The notes under the pieces are model-generated. The model saw only the letters and a list, made by a program, of their open reading frames with translations. It was not told where the DNA came from and did no database searches. From Parcubacteria group bacterium GW2011_GWD2_42_14 (lineage in GTDB: Bacteria; Patescibacteriota; Minisyncoccia; Phycocordibacterales; UBA12088), in contig LCCS01000002.1 in NCBI GenBank assembly GCA_000998045.1, positions 1 to 62,811 on the forward strand: a stretch of 62,811 nt of DNA. The letters run 5' to 3'. Below, piece after piece: positions 37,103 to 44,546 of this stretch (its first letter is position 1; every line of letters starts with the position of its first letter). Made by a program: the position numbers and the translations under genes.

Positions 37103-37142
37103 GTCCGCCATGCAATATGACATGACGGACCTATACAGTTGC

Positions 37143-37499
37143 CTACTTACGAGCAAGATGAGTACAATCTCTAACTTTGTGTGTGGGGGCGCTCCACCGC
37201 AGTTCCGCTTCACGCTCTGCTAAGCACTCTTTGTACACTGCTTCAGCTTTGGGATTAGAAAACTCCCCCTTGATATCCGAACCGTGGTCTACAGGCTTTT
37301 GTTGCTTAGATACTGTGGATCCAAATGTCAGAGCACCAATAGCAAGTACTCCAAGACCGACCATCATTTTTCCAGTTGTACTGTGGGTTTCATGATGGTG
37401 ACCGTACAAGTGAGTATCAGCAAAGGAAACCTGATTGAAGCCTAAGCTAGCAACAAAGAAAATTGCCAACGTTAGACTTACAATTGTTGTTCGTATCAT
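37143..37499 (-). CDS. small secreted or membrane His-rich protein, paralog 1
   Basis: It has a signal peptide, a HLYGHHHETHS segment, a hydrophobic segment and a C-terminal motif YKECLAEREAELRWSAPTHKVRDCTHL. Confidence 0.55.
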   Translation of the reverse strand: MIRTTIVSLTLAIFFVASLGFNQVSFADTHLYGHHHETHSTTGKMMVGLGVLAIGALTFGSTVSKQQKPVDHGSDIKGEFSNPKAEAVYKECLAEREAELRWSAPTHKVRDCTHLARK

Positions 37500-37561
37500 G
37501 ACATTTCTACTGGTAGATTTTTGATAGGGCCGTCAAGCATGACTGCCCATAGTAAACTGAC

Positions 37562-37981
37562 CTATTTTCTTGACCAGTTCATATTCTTGGGGTCAAGACG
37601 TCGGCAGTCCTTCGCTTTCTGTGGAGGGACACCATACCGCAAGTCCGTATTCCTATCCCGCAGGCACTCTTGGTAAGCTATATTAGCTTGTTGGTGCTGA
37701 AGATCCCTCTCTGTGTACCCTCGATTCACAGGTTGTCTGTTTTGGCTCAAAGCTACTGTAGTAAGTGCTATCGCGCCAAGAGCAATCGCCACGTTCCGAT
37801 TTGAGTGATGGTGCCTGTGGTGCCTAGGTTGAGATTGGTGCCGGTACTGTTGGTGTTGGTACCGCTTCACTTGGTACTGTTGTGAGTTGTAGTAGTTACG
37901 ACTACTTGCATACGTCTGGTTGCAACCGAAACTTACGAACATAAACACAGCCAATGTCACAAAAACAAATATTCTTTTCAT
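37562..37981 (-). CDS. small secreted or membrane His/Gln-rich protein, paralog 2
   Basis: The architecture matches paralog 1, with QPRHHRHHHSNRN and a C-terminal motif YQECLRDRNTDLRYGVPPQKAKDCRRL. Confidence 0.55.
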   Translation of the reverse strand: MKRIFVFVTLAVFMFVSFGCNQTYASSRNYYNSQQYQVKRYQHQQYRHQSQPRHHRHHHSNRNVAIALGAIALTTVALSQNRQPVNRGYTERDLQHQQANIAYQECLRDRNTDLRYGVPPQKAKDCRRLDPKNMNWSRK

Positions 37982-38094
37982 GGATGACCTCCTCTGTGGT
38001 TGGTAAGATTGTATATTCTTGTAATATTATACCAACAAACTTATTACTTGTCAATATGGTGACTCCTCAAACATCCTGGCGTACTATGGTATTC

Positions 38095-38859
38095 ATGAAA
38101 GTTACGAGTTGGAATGTGAATGGTTTACGTGCTGTTATACGCAAAGACAGCTTTTTACCCGTGATTAAGGCACTTTCTCCAGATGTCTTGCTTTTACAAG
38201 AAACGAAGGCTACAGAAGAACAGATTCCTGAAGACGCTCGAAGTATTGAAGGATATACTTCATATTTTTCATCTTCGCGTGAGCGCGCAGGCTATAGTGG
38301 GGTCAGTATCTATACAAAAAGAAAACCAAATTTGGTGACCTATGGTATGGAGAAAGATGTATTCGATCAAGAAGGGCGTGTAATTACAGCGTATTACAAT
38401 AATCTTTCTATTTCAAATATCTACTTCCCTAACGGTGGGCAAGGGCCAGAACGCTTAGCTTACAAACTTGAGTTTTATGAAAAATTTCTTGAATATGTTG
38501 AAAAACTACGTAAGAAAAATCCCGTTATATGGGGTGGAGATATAAATACTGCGCACGAAGAAATAGACTTAGCTCGCCCAAAGGAAAATGAAAAGAACAC
38601 AGGATTTCTTCCAGAAGAACGTGCATGGCTGGACGAGGTGGTTGGTCTTGGTTGGATAGATACGTACCGACACTTCTACCCACACAAAACAGGTGCGTAC
38701 ACCTACTGGGATATGAAAACAGCTGCAAGAGAGAGGAATGTGGGATGGAGGCTTGACTACCTATTTGCATCACCAGACCTTATTCATATGCTTAAAAAGG
38801 TTACTATTCATAACACTATTCAAGGCTCGGATCATTGCCCTATCAGCGTAGAAATGTAA
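38095..38859 (+). CDS. xth: exodeoxyribonuclease III
   Basis: The product has MKVTSWNVNGLRAV...LLLQETK...GDINTAHEEIDL...RLDYLF...GSDHCPI. The start is ATG 38095. Confidence 0.9.
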   Translation: MKVTSWNVNGLRAVIRKDSFLPVIKALSPDVLLLQETKATEEQIPEDARSIEGYTSYFSSSRERAGYSGVSIYTKRKPNLVTYGMEKDVFDQEGRVITAYYNNLSISNIYFPNGGQGPERLAYKLEFYEKFLEYVEKLRKKNPVIWGGDINTAHEEIDLARPKENEKNTGFLPEERAWLDEVVGLGWIDTYRHFYPHKTGAYTYWDMKTAARERNVGWRLDYLFASPDLIHMLKKVTIHNTIQGSDHCPISVEM

Positions 38860-39353
38860 ACCTAATCTATAGGACACTTATCCACAGCTGCACACTAGCA
38901 TGTCCTTTACATGTCCTTGAGCACGGATATACTAGAACGTAGACCAGCGTGATGGTGATTCCAAAGAAATAGGTAGTACGTTTTTCGCACGAAGAAATCG
39001 TACTAAGAACGTACTACCTATCTCTGCGGAACAAGTTTGTTCTTTAGAAAAATGTTCTTTCGAAGTATAAAAATCGGAAAAGTATTATGGTAGTTCAAGA
39101 GTAATGTTTCCACTCAAAAACTAATAAAATATTTTAAAAAGACACTCTACCAGAGAATATAGATACCAGAGTACTATAACCGAATACTACATGCTTCATA
39201 CAACTGAATAAAGCAGCCCCAGCTCGAAAGCCACCCAGCCGCAACATAAATTGGATCTCCACCCAAAAGTTGCCCTATGACAGGTCACAAAGAGCGCTTA
39301 ATAGAGCCATATTGACTCTTATCACAATGAAAATCATTGAGCGCATCTTATGA

Positions 39354-39407
39354 CCTGCCAAAGGAAAAGCAGGTGGCTTTTTTATACACTCACTCGGAGT
39401 GTTTTTT
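39354..39407 (+). terminator. two tandem rho-independent terminators with no annotated upstream gene
   Basis: The first is the stem CCTGC...GCAGG followed by TGGCTTTTTT. The second is ACACTC/GAGTGT followed by TTTTTT. Confidence 0.5.
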
Positions 39408-39411
39408 ATGA

Positions 39412-39427
39412 TGTTACACGTGTAACA
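39412..39427. promoter_or_regulatory. perfect 16-bp palindrome TGTTACACGTGTAACA, site 1
   Basis: It is identical to the site at 39577-39592. Confidence 0.8.
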
Positions 39428-39432
39428 ATTAT

Positions 39433-39476
39433 GTTAAAAGTGGAATGTTAAAAGTCTAAAGTAAAAAATCTGAAGT
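39433..39476 (+). repeat. AAAGT-rich repeat related to the AAAGTT family
   Basis: The sequence is GTTAAAAGTGGAATGTTAAAAGTCTAAAGTAAAAAATCTGAAGT. Confidence 0.5.
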
Positions 39477-39576
39477 AGAACCGAGCATTTATCGACATGA
39501 TAACATGCAACTAAGTGAAAGTGGGGATTCGTAAAGATATGATAGAATTGTTGCGTCTTACTCGTATCAAAAGATG

Positions 39577-39592
39577 TGTTACACGTGTAACA
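39577..39592. promoter_or_regulatory. perfect 16-bp palindrome TGTTACACGTGTAACA, site 2
   Basis: It lies 66 nt downstream of the cca stop codon. Confidence 0.8.
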
Positions 39593-39595
39593 TAC

Positions 39596-39620
39596 TAAAA
39601 AGCGCTTGTTAGCGCTTTTT
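39596..39620 (-). terminator. cca terminator
   Basis: The sequence is AAAAAGCGCTAACAAGCGCTTTTT and is symmetric. Confidence 0.75.
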
Positions 39621-39621
39621 A

Positions 39622-39654
39622 GTTACTTTTCACTTTCAACAATAAACATTCAAC
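39622..39654 (-). repeat. AAAGTT-type post-stop repeat
   Basis: The mRNA sense reads GTTGAATGTTTATTGTTGAAAGTGAAAAGTAAC, 3 nt after the cca stop. Confidence 0.75.
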
Positions 39655-39657
39655 TTC

Positions 39658-41151
39658 CTATACTTTATGTTTCCTACGCAATTCCTCTAATTCTCTTTCC
39701 TCTACTTCTTCTTTTTTGTTTTTGCCTTGCTTCCCTTTTTCTGCTAATTCCTCATCAGGAAGTGTAGAAAGCTCTAGAACACGTTTTTCAAGCAGATCCT
39801 CGGTATTCATGCTTGGGTCATCCAAAACTTCTTCAAGAAGCGCATGGAGCATGTTACCTATTCTTGGACCTGGCTTTTCACGTGTAACATCCATAATTTT
39901 CAGTCCATCAATTTTAAGCATATCAACAGATACAGGGTCTCGAAGTGCTTCTTCAACCATACTTGTGTATTTCCTAAACCTAAATGGCTGTTCTTTAGGT
40001 CTTCCTGAACCGATACGATCGCACATGCGGACATTTAGTAACTCCCAAATATTCTCTACTCCAACGTTTACAATCATTCTACGAACTGCAGAAAGTGTAA
40101 TCTTGTCAGGATCGCTAAAAAACATATGCCAACGTACTAATTTGACGATTTTTTCGACAGTTTCTTTTGGAAAACGCAGGTTCTCTAAAGCTTTACGTGT
40201 TACACGTGAACCCACTACCTCGTGTCCGTAGAATGTATATTCCTTTGTCTCTGCAGAATTTCTTCTGCTTGCTGGCTTCCCGATATCATGAAAAAGTGAT
40301 GCAAGCCGTACCTCAAGTGAAAAATTCTTATCTGCAGCATGCTGAAGTGCACGCAATAAATGTTCGAAAACTGTGTATATATGAGAATGATTTTGTTCAA
40401 TACCGATACCAGATTCCAGGTCTGGAAGGATATACGTTAATAACCCGGTTTGTTTCATGTGTAACAATGCCTCCATGGGGTAGGGGGACATTATGGTTTT
40501 AATAAGCTCATCACGAATCCGTTCTTTTGATATGTTTTTAAGCAAATGTGCATTTTGTGATATAGCCTCAAATGTTTTTTGTTCTATACTGAATCCAAGC
40601 TCTGCTCCAAGTCGTATGGCACGGAGCATTCTAAGCGCATCTTCCTGAAAACGCTCATTAGGATTGCCGACTGCACGGAGCTGTTGAGCTGCAAGATCTG
40701 CTTGTCCTTTATAACAGTCAACAATATGTCCTTTATCGATATCAAGAGCAAGTGCATTGATAGTAAAGTCTCTTCTTGCAAGGTCTTCATGTAATGAGAC
40801 GCCAAATTCAACGTTGTCAGGACGCCTGCTGTCAGAATAGGTACCTTCTTTGCGATATGGGGTAACCTCAATAACCTTGAGAGTTGGGTCGGTTGCTTTT
40901 TCGTCTGCCTGTGTAGACGACATGCTTACCACCCCGACTGTTCCGAATTGGTTGTTGTAAAACGTTTCTTCAAAAAGCGCTTGTATTTGGTCTGGGTGTG
41001 CGTTTGTGGTTATATCCCAATCCTTAGGTGTTTTGTTTAAAAGTAGATCACGAACACAGCCACCAACCAAGTAGGCTTCAAAATTAGCCCTTTTGAGGGT
41101 AGATGTTACACGTGTAACCTCTTGGGGAATCGAGTAGTTTGCACTATCCAT
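39658..41151 (-). CDS. cca: CCA-adding tRNA nucleotidyltransferase with an HD domain
   Basis: The product has LVGGCVRDLLLNKTPKDWDITT, RRDFTINALA and the HD segment LFHDIGKP. Confidence 0.85.
   Translation of the reverse strand: MDSANYSIPQEVTRVTSTLKRANFEAYLVGGCVRDLLLNKTPKDWDITTNAHPDQIQALFEETFYNNQFGTVGVVSMSSTQADEKATDPTLKVIEVTPYRKEGTYSDSRRPDNVEFGVSLHEDLARRDFTINALALDIDKGHIVDCYKGQADLAAQQLRAVGNPNERFQEDALRMLRAIRLGAELGFSIEQKTFEAISQNAHLLKNISKERIRDELIKTIMSPYPMEALLHMKQTGLLTYILPDLESGIGIEQNHSHIYTVFEHLLRALQHAADKNFSLEVRLASLFHDIGKPASRRNSAETKEYTFYGHEVVGSRVTRKALENLRFPKETVEKIVKLVRWHMFFSDPDKITLSAVRRMIVNVGVENIWELLNVRMCDRIGSGRPKEQPFRFRKYTSMVEEALRDPVSVDMLKIDGLKIMDVTREKPGPRIGNMLHALLEEVLDDPSMNTEDLLEKRVLELSTLPDEELAEKGKQGKNKKEEVEERELEELRRKHKV
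41104..41118. promoter_or_regulatory. palindrome site 3 (TGTTACACGTGTAAC, 15 of 16 positions) inside the first codons of cca
   Basis: It encodes EVTRVTS, 33 nt into the cca coding sequence. Confidence 0.7.
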
Positions 41152-41202
41152 GGAGCAATACTATCGCATTTTTCTTGTTTTTCCTATACAATGCACACAT
41201 CT

Positions 41203-41277
41203 GCGCCCGTAGTGAAATGGATATCACTCCGGTCTTCGGAACCGTCATTCCAGGTTCGAGTCCTGGCGGGCGCACCA
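41203..41277 (+). tRNA. tRNA-Arg(TCG) with an encoded CCA end
   Basis: A cloverleaf folds by hand: acceptor GCGCCCG/CGGGCGC, D stem GTGA/TCAC, anticodon loop CTTCGGA and T arm CCAGG-TTCGAGT-CCTGG. Confidence 0.9.
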
Positions 41278-41323
41278 CAACACAAAAACCTCATCACCAT
41301 GAGGTTTTTGTGTTGTGGTGCGC
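41270..41323. repeat. perfect 25-bp-stem palindrome that includes the 3' acceptor strand of tRNA-Arg
   Basis: GCGCACCACAACACAAAAACCTCAT, a CACC loop, then ATGAGGTTTTTGTGTTGTGGTGCGC. Confidence 0.9.
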
Positions 41324-41389
41324 CGAGTAAGGTGCCTACGCACCTTACGCCCAGACTCGAAGACACAGAGCATGTTGCGTAGCAACAGC

Positions 41390-41484
41390 GAGTGGCCGTC
41401 CAAGAATGCGAGTATACTTTGTCCTCCACCAGTGAGCGGAGGACAAAGTATCCGCAATTCTGGGACGAGTCCTGGCGGGCGCAC
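41390..41484 (+). ncRNA. conserved tRNA-linked structured element, copy 1 (unknown class, strand uncertain)
   Basis: GAGTGGCCGTCCAAGAATGCGAG, then a 14-bp hairpin, then ATCCGCAATTCTGGGACGAGTCCTGGC. Both blocks are identical or nearly identical to 47399-47476. The tail repeats 18 nt of the tRNA-Arg 3' end. Confidence 0.5.
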
Positions 41485-41575
41485 ATAAAATACAAAGACC
41501 CCGTTTCTATGGGGTCTTGTATTTATTGAACCCCTCACCTCGAATAGATGAGGTGAGGGGTGTGTGGATGTGCCA

Positions 41576-42007
41576 CTACTCAAGGTAAACGATAGGGATA
41601 TCAAAACTTTTTACTGCTTCGTGTTCACAAATTGCATCAAAGCTCGCGGAAAAATTTTCGCAAAAGTGAACAGTTGCAAATATACCACTCATGATGAGGG
41701 GTATAGAAAAATCATGCAAATAGGGGTAAGGATACTTTGTAATCTTCTGTAAAGCGAGAATTTTTTCAATTACAGGCCGAAATGAGAGTATATCAAGCAC
41801 AGTCCAACCCTTGCTTGATAACATGTCAGAATGGCCAGCAGGTATATGAAAATTTTCTTCCATTATCACCCCGTTTTTTTGAGGCTTTTCGCCGAGGACG
41901 ACAGTTTTGTTAGCCCCCTCTGCCTTCCGCATCAAATCATAGGCATATACATACAAATCATTAAATGCCTGCATTGATCCTAATGTATCTTCTGCGCGCA
42001 GTATCAT
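41576..42007 (-). CDS. hypothetical protein
   Basis: The 143-aa ORF has an AAGGAGGTG Shine-Dalgarno site upstream and two hairpin terminators downstream. I recognise no domain. Confidence 0.55.
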   Translation of the reverse strand: MILRAEDTLGSMQAFNDLYVYAYDLMRKAEGANKTVVLGEKPQKNGVIMEENFHIPAGHSDMLSSKGWTVLDILSFRPVIEKILALQKITKYPYPYLHDFSIPLIMSGIFATVHFCENFSASFDAICEHEAVKSFDIPIVYLE

Positions 42008-42081
42008 ACGCCACCTCCTTAGTAAAGGTTAATCTAATCTTGTTGTAGTATACACCTGCGTATAAATATGTAAATTAATAT

Positions 42082-42109
42082 TTGACGAAAATATCGTCAC
42101 AAGTATACT
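42082..42109 (+). promoter_or_regulatory. promoter TTGACG-N16-TATACT, ending 11 nt before ATG 42121
   Basis: TTGACG lies at 42082-42087 and TATACT at 42104-42109. Confidence 0.5.
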
Positions 42110-42120
42110 TATAAATAACC

Positions 42121-42909
42121 ATGGACTTTGTTGTTGATCAGTTTAAATTCTTGGGGCTTAACAATCGTGAGATACGAGTTTTTACTTCTATTGGTACCTT
42201 TGGTCAAATGAATATGACGAAAATAGCTTCACGATCGCAACTACCACGCACCACGGTAGATGCTATTGTGAGACGACTTTTTAAACAAGGTCTTATTTCA
42301 AAAGAGAAAGTAAATGGACACTTCGAATATTTTGTTCAACCTAGTGAAGTGGCAGACAAGCTCGATTTGCTTGAGCAGAAACTACGTCCAAAGAAACCGA
42401 CAGAAAAGGAACAAGAACCCTCAATAACGGAGGAAAAAATAAATGACGAAAAAAACGTCATCGCCCTAAATCCTATAGACATTTTGGAAATAAGTTTCAA
42501 AACTCATCGTGCGGATAGGGTGCGACTTATGCTCTCGCATATACAGCGTGAGGGAGAGAAAAGTTGTGTGGAGAGGCTGCGGGTATATACCAAATTGGCT
42601 GTAGAGAACCAGATGAAATTTGACGTCCTGTTATCCCCACAAATTGCAGATGCAATATACGGAAAGAAGCATTTATTTGCATATTCTCAAGCCTCACTGA
42701 ATATACGTCTTAATATTATTCCTGCTTTCTACAGTATTTTGGAACATGATGTGTGTATGTTTCGGGATTCAGTTATGCTCATACATACCCATAAGAACAC
42801 CATAGAAAAAATAGATTCCTTAACACATGTTGATCTCTGTAACCACCTACTCACCATAGCTTCTGAGGTGGGGTGGAGTGTAGATTTGGTTACTTGGCTA
42901 AATAAGTAA
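42121..42909 (+). CDS. TrmB-like winged-helix transcriptional regulator with an uncharacterised C-terminal domain
   Basis: The N-terminus reads LGLNNREIRVFTSIGTFGQMNMTKIASRSQLPRTTVDAIVRRLFKQGLISKEK. Confidence 0.55.
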   Translation: MDFVVDQFKFLGLNNREIRVFTSIGTFGQMNMTKIASRSQLPRTTVDAIVRRLFKQGLISKEKVNGHFEYFVQPSEVADKLDLLEQKLRPKKPTEKEQEPSITEEKINDEKNVIALNPIDILEISFKTHRADRVRLMLSHIQREGEKSCVERLRVYTKLAVENQMKFDVLLSPQIADAIYGKKHLFAYSQASLNIRLNIIPAFYSILEHDVCMFRDSVMLIHTHKNTIEKIDSLTHVDLCNHLLTIASEVGWSVDLVTWLNK

Positions 42910-43849
42910 CGAGTAAGGCGAGTAGCGAGAAAAGCGAAAAATGGACTAAAAGTTTAAAGTTATAAAGTTCATAACGCTGAAAGTAACGAAAAGTGCACAT
43001 GTTGCGGGAAAGTGGACTTTTTGTACTATGAAAGTTATGATATATCACGATACGAGAACCGCGGGTATGATTAAGTGGTATAATACGTCCTTGCCAAGGA
43101 TGATTCGGGAGTTCGATTCTCCCTACCCGCACATTATGCAAAAACAGCAGCTCATTTTGAGTTGCTGTTTTTGCATATCGTTGGGCAATCTGTGGATTTC
43201 CGCCTGTTCCAGACAGTGCATCCATTGCTTGTTGCGTAGTATCAAACACACTTGCCAAGTAAAACGCTAGAATCTTCTTTCCGTTTTCCCAGTCAAAAAG
43301 ATTTAGAAGATATTTTTCAACAGCAGACTGATCACCTCCAACTCTGGCTACTATATTTGCTATGTCTTGCATCACTATCTGTGCTCGCGGAGCGATGTCG
43401 TCTATATCAAGTAGGCGTTGGTTGCGCCCTTGAGACATTAAATGTCCTATTTCAGCAAAAGATCCATACACAAATTGATCTGAGCGCACGAGGATGTCTT
43501 GAGGGCCAAAACTTTTTATATTGCCAGAACGTTCTGGACTTATGTATTCGTCATACTCATTCGGGTCGACCCTCACTGGAATTAGATTTTCAACAAATTG
43601 AGTAAACTCTCGTATTTTTTCTTCTTTTTGGGCAAACTCATTATCCTCAGGGTGTAAGTCTCCAAAATATCGGGTTTTTAAGTTATACAGCTGCAATTCA
43701 CTTTTTTCCCGTAAACGGTCGAAATTATTTTGTTCGATTATATCGGAATACAATGTCCGAAGGTCTGGGTTTTTTGCGATTTTTTCTCGTTCTCCTTTCA
43801 CCAAATCATCTTCAGCGAACTTACTTAGAGCGGGAAATGTTTCTTTCAT
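42890..43849 (-). CDS. hypothetical protein whose 3' end is unreliable because the ORF reads antisense through tRNA-Gly
   Basis: The first 239 or so codons look protein-like. The remainder (RVGRIELPNHPWQGRIIPLNHTRG...) is the antisense translation of a tRNA and spacer. Confidence 0.45.
   Translation of the reverse strand: MKETFPALSKFAEDDLVKGEREKIAKNPDLRTLYSDIIEQNNFDRLREKSELQLYNLKTRYFGDLHPEDNEFAQKEEKIREFTQFVENLIPVRVDPNEYDEYISPERSGNIKSFGPQDILVRSDQFVYGSFAEIGHLMSQGRNQRLLDIDDIAPRAQIVMQDIANIVARVGGDQSAVEKYLLNLFDWENGKKILAFYLASVFDTTQQAMDALSGTGGNPQIAQRYAKTATQNELLFLHNVRVGRIELPNHPWQGRIIPLNHTRGSRIVIYHNFHSTKSPLSRNMCTFRYFQRYELYNFKLLVHFSLFSLLALLVTYLAK
42911..42929 (+). repeat. GAG-stop repeat (GAGTAAGGCGAGTAGCGAG)
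   Basis: It matches 4663-4681 at 18 of 19 positions and begins 2 nt after the stop codon. Confidence 0.75.
42948..42994 (+). repeat. AAAGTT-type post-stop repeat
   Basis: The sequence is AAAAGTTTAAAGTTATAAAGTTCATAACGCTGAAAGTAACGAAAAGT. Confidence 0.75.
43061..43131 (+). tRNA. tRNA-Gly(GCC)
   Basis: Acceptor GCGGGTA/TACCCGC, anticodon loop TTGCCAA and T arm GGGAG-TTCGATT-CTCCC. It is followed by the hairpin at 43138-43174. Confidence 0.85.
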
Positions 43850-43945
43850 TACACAAGTATAACAAAATCCATATGTAATCTAAATCTCTTCCAAAGACAT
43901 AAGTGCGGGCAATCCAAAAACTTGGTTTCTTAAGGAGAGTTATTA

Positions 43946-44473
43946 ATGCCTTCTTTCTGCTATACTCATATTAAATATCAATACTTTAAGAATATAATTA
44001 ATATACTCATGTTTAATGATCGGAAAAGAGACTTGTACATGAAAGAAGAGGGGGAAAGAATTGAGAAAGAAAAAGAAAAGAAACGACTTCAAGACATTAA
44101 AAAGCTACAAGAAAAGATTGAGGTTTTAAAAAAGACCCTGAGTGACGCTGAATCGAAATCAAAGGTCATTGAAATACATTTGCATGGAAAAATGCAAATT
44201 ATTGAGACTATAAAGAAGAAAATCGAGTATATTCAAGAGCATGAAATTAATCAGGTAAAGAAATTAATTGAAAATAGACAATTGGAAATTGAAAGGCTAC
44301 AAAAAAAGATTGAAGTAAGTGAGCAAAGTATTGCGCGCGAACAGGGTGAGATTGAATATAAACAACACGAAGTTGAAATGGCTAAAAAAGAGTTTGAGGA
44401 AAAAAATGCAGAAAAGAAAAGAAACACTGAGGAGTTAAAAAAACTAGAAGAAGAATTAAGTAGGCAATCTTAA
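43946..44473 (+). CDS. coiled-coil protein rich in Lys, Glu and Ile
   Basis: An AAGGAGAG Shine-Dalgarno site lies 7 nt upstream. Heptad-like KEKEKKRLQDIKKLQEKIEVLKK... runs throughout the sequence. Confidence 0.55.
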   Translation: MPSFCYTHIKYQYFKNIINILMFNDRKRDLYMKEEGERIEKEKEKKRLQDIKKLQEKIEVLKKTLSDAESKSKVIEIHLHGKMQIIETIKKKIEYIQEHEINQVKKLIENRQLEIERLQKKIEVSEQSIAREQGEIEYKQHEVEMAKKEFEEKNAEKKRNTEELKKLEEELSRQS

Positions 44474-44546
44474 GTTTCCTGTTAAGACTGTGGATAACTC
44501 CATACCTATCCCTTGACAGCATAATCTATGAGAGTATACTACTGGT

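Noticed and set aside
38860-39657. tmRNA, RNase P RNA, SRP RNA or 6S RNA in the large ORF-free gap.
   Set aside because: I looked for hallmark motifs: GAGGAAAGTCC for RNase P RNA, GGAAGCAG next to a GNRA loop for SRP RNA, and a tRNA-like 3' end with TTCGA for tmRNA. I did not find them.
41278-41484. A group I or group II intron, or a split or permuted tRNA, as the explanation for the duplicated tRNA 3' end.
   Set aside because: The upstream tRNA-Arg is complete and folds normally. The insert is only about 200 nt. I see no recognisable intron core motifs, neither P7/P3-type sequences nor a domain V. The idea is not formally excluded without covariance-model searches.
41245-41604. A 119-aa minus-strand ORF that shares PG(L/I)VPELR...LAFLDGHS with the 140-aa ORF at 47110-47532.
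   Set aside because: Both ORFs are antisense translations of tRNA genes, the palindromes and the conserved non-coding element. The shared peptide simply reflects the conserved RNA or DNA block.
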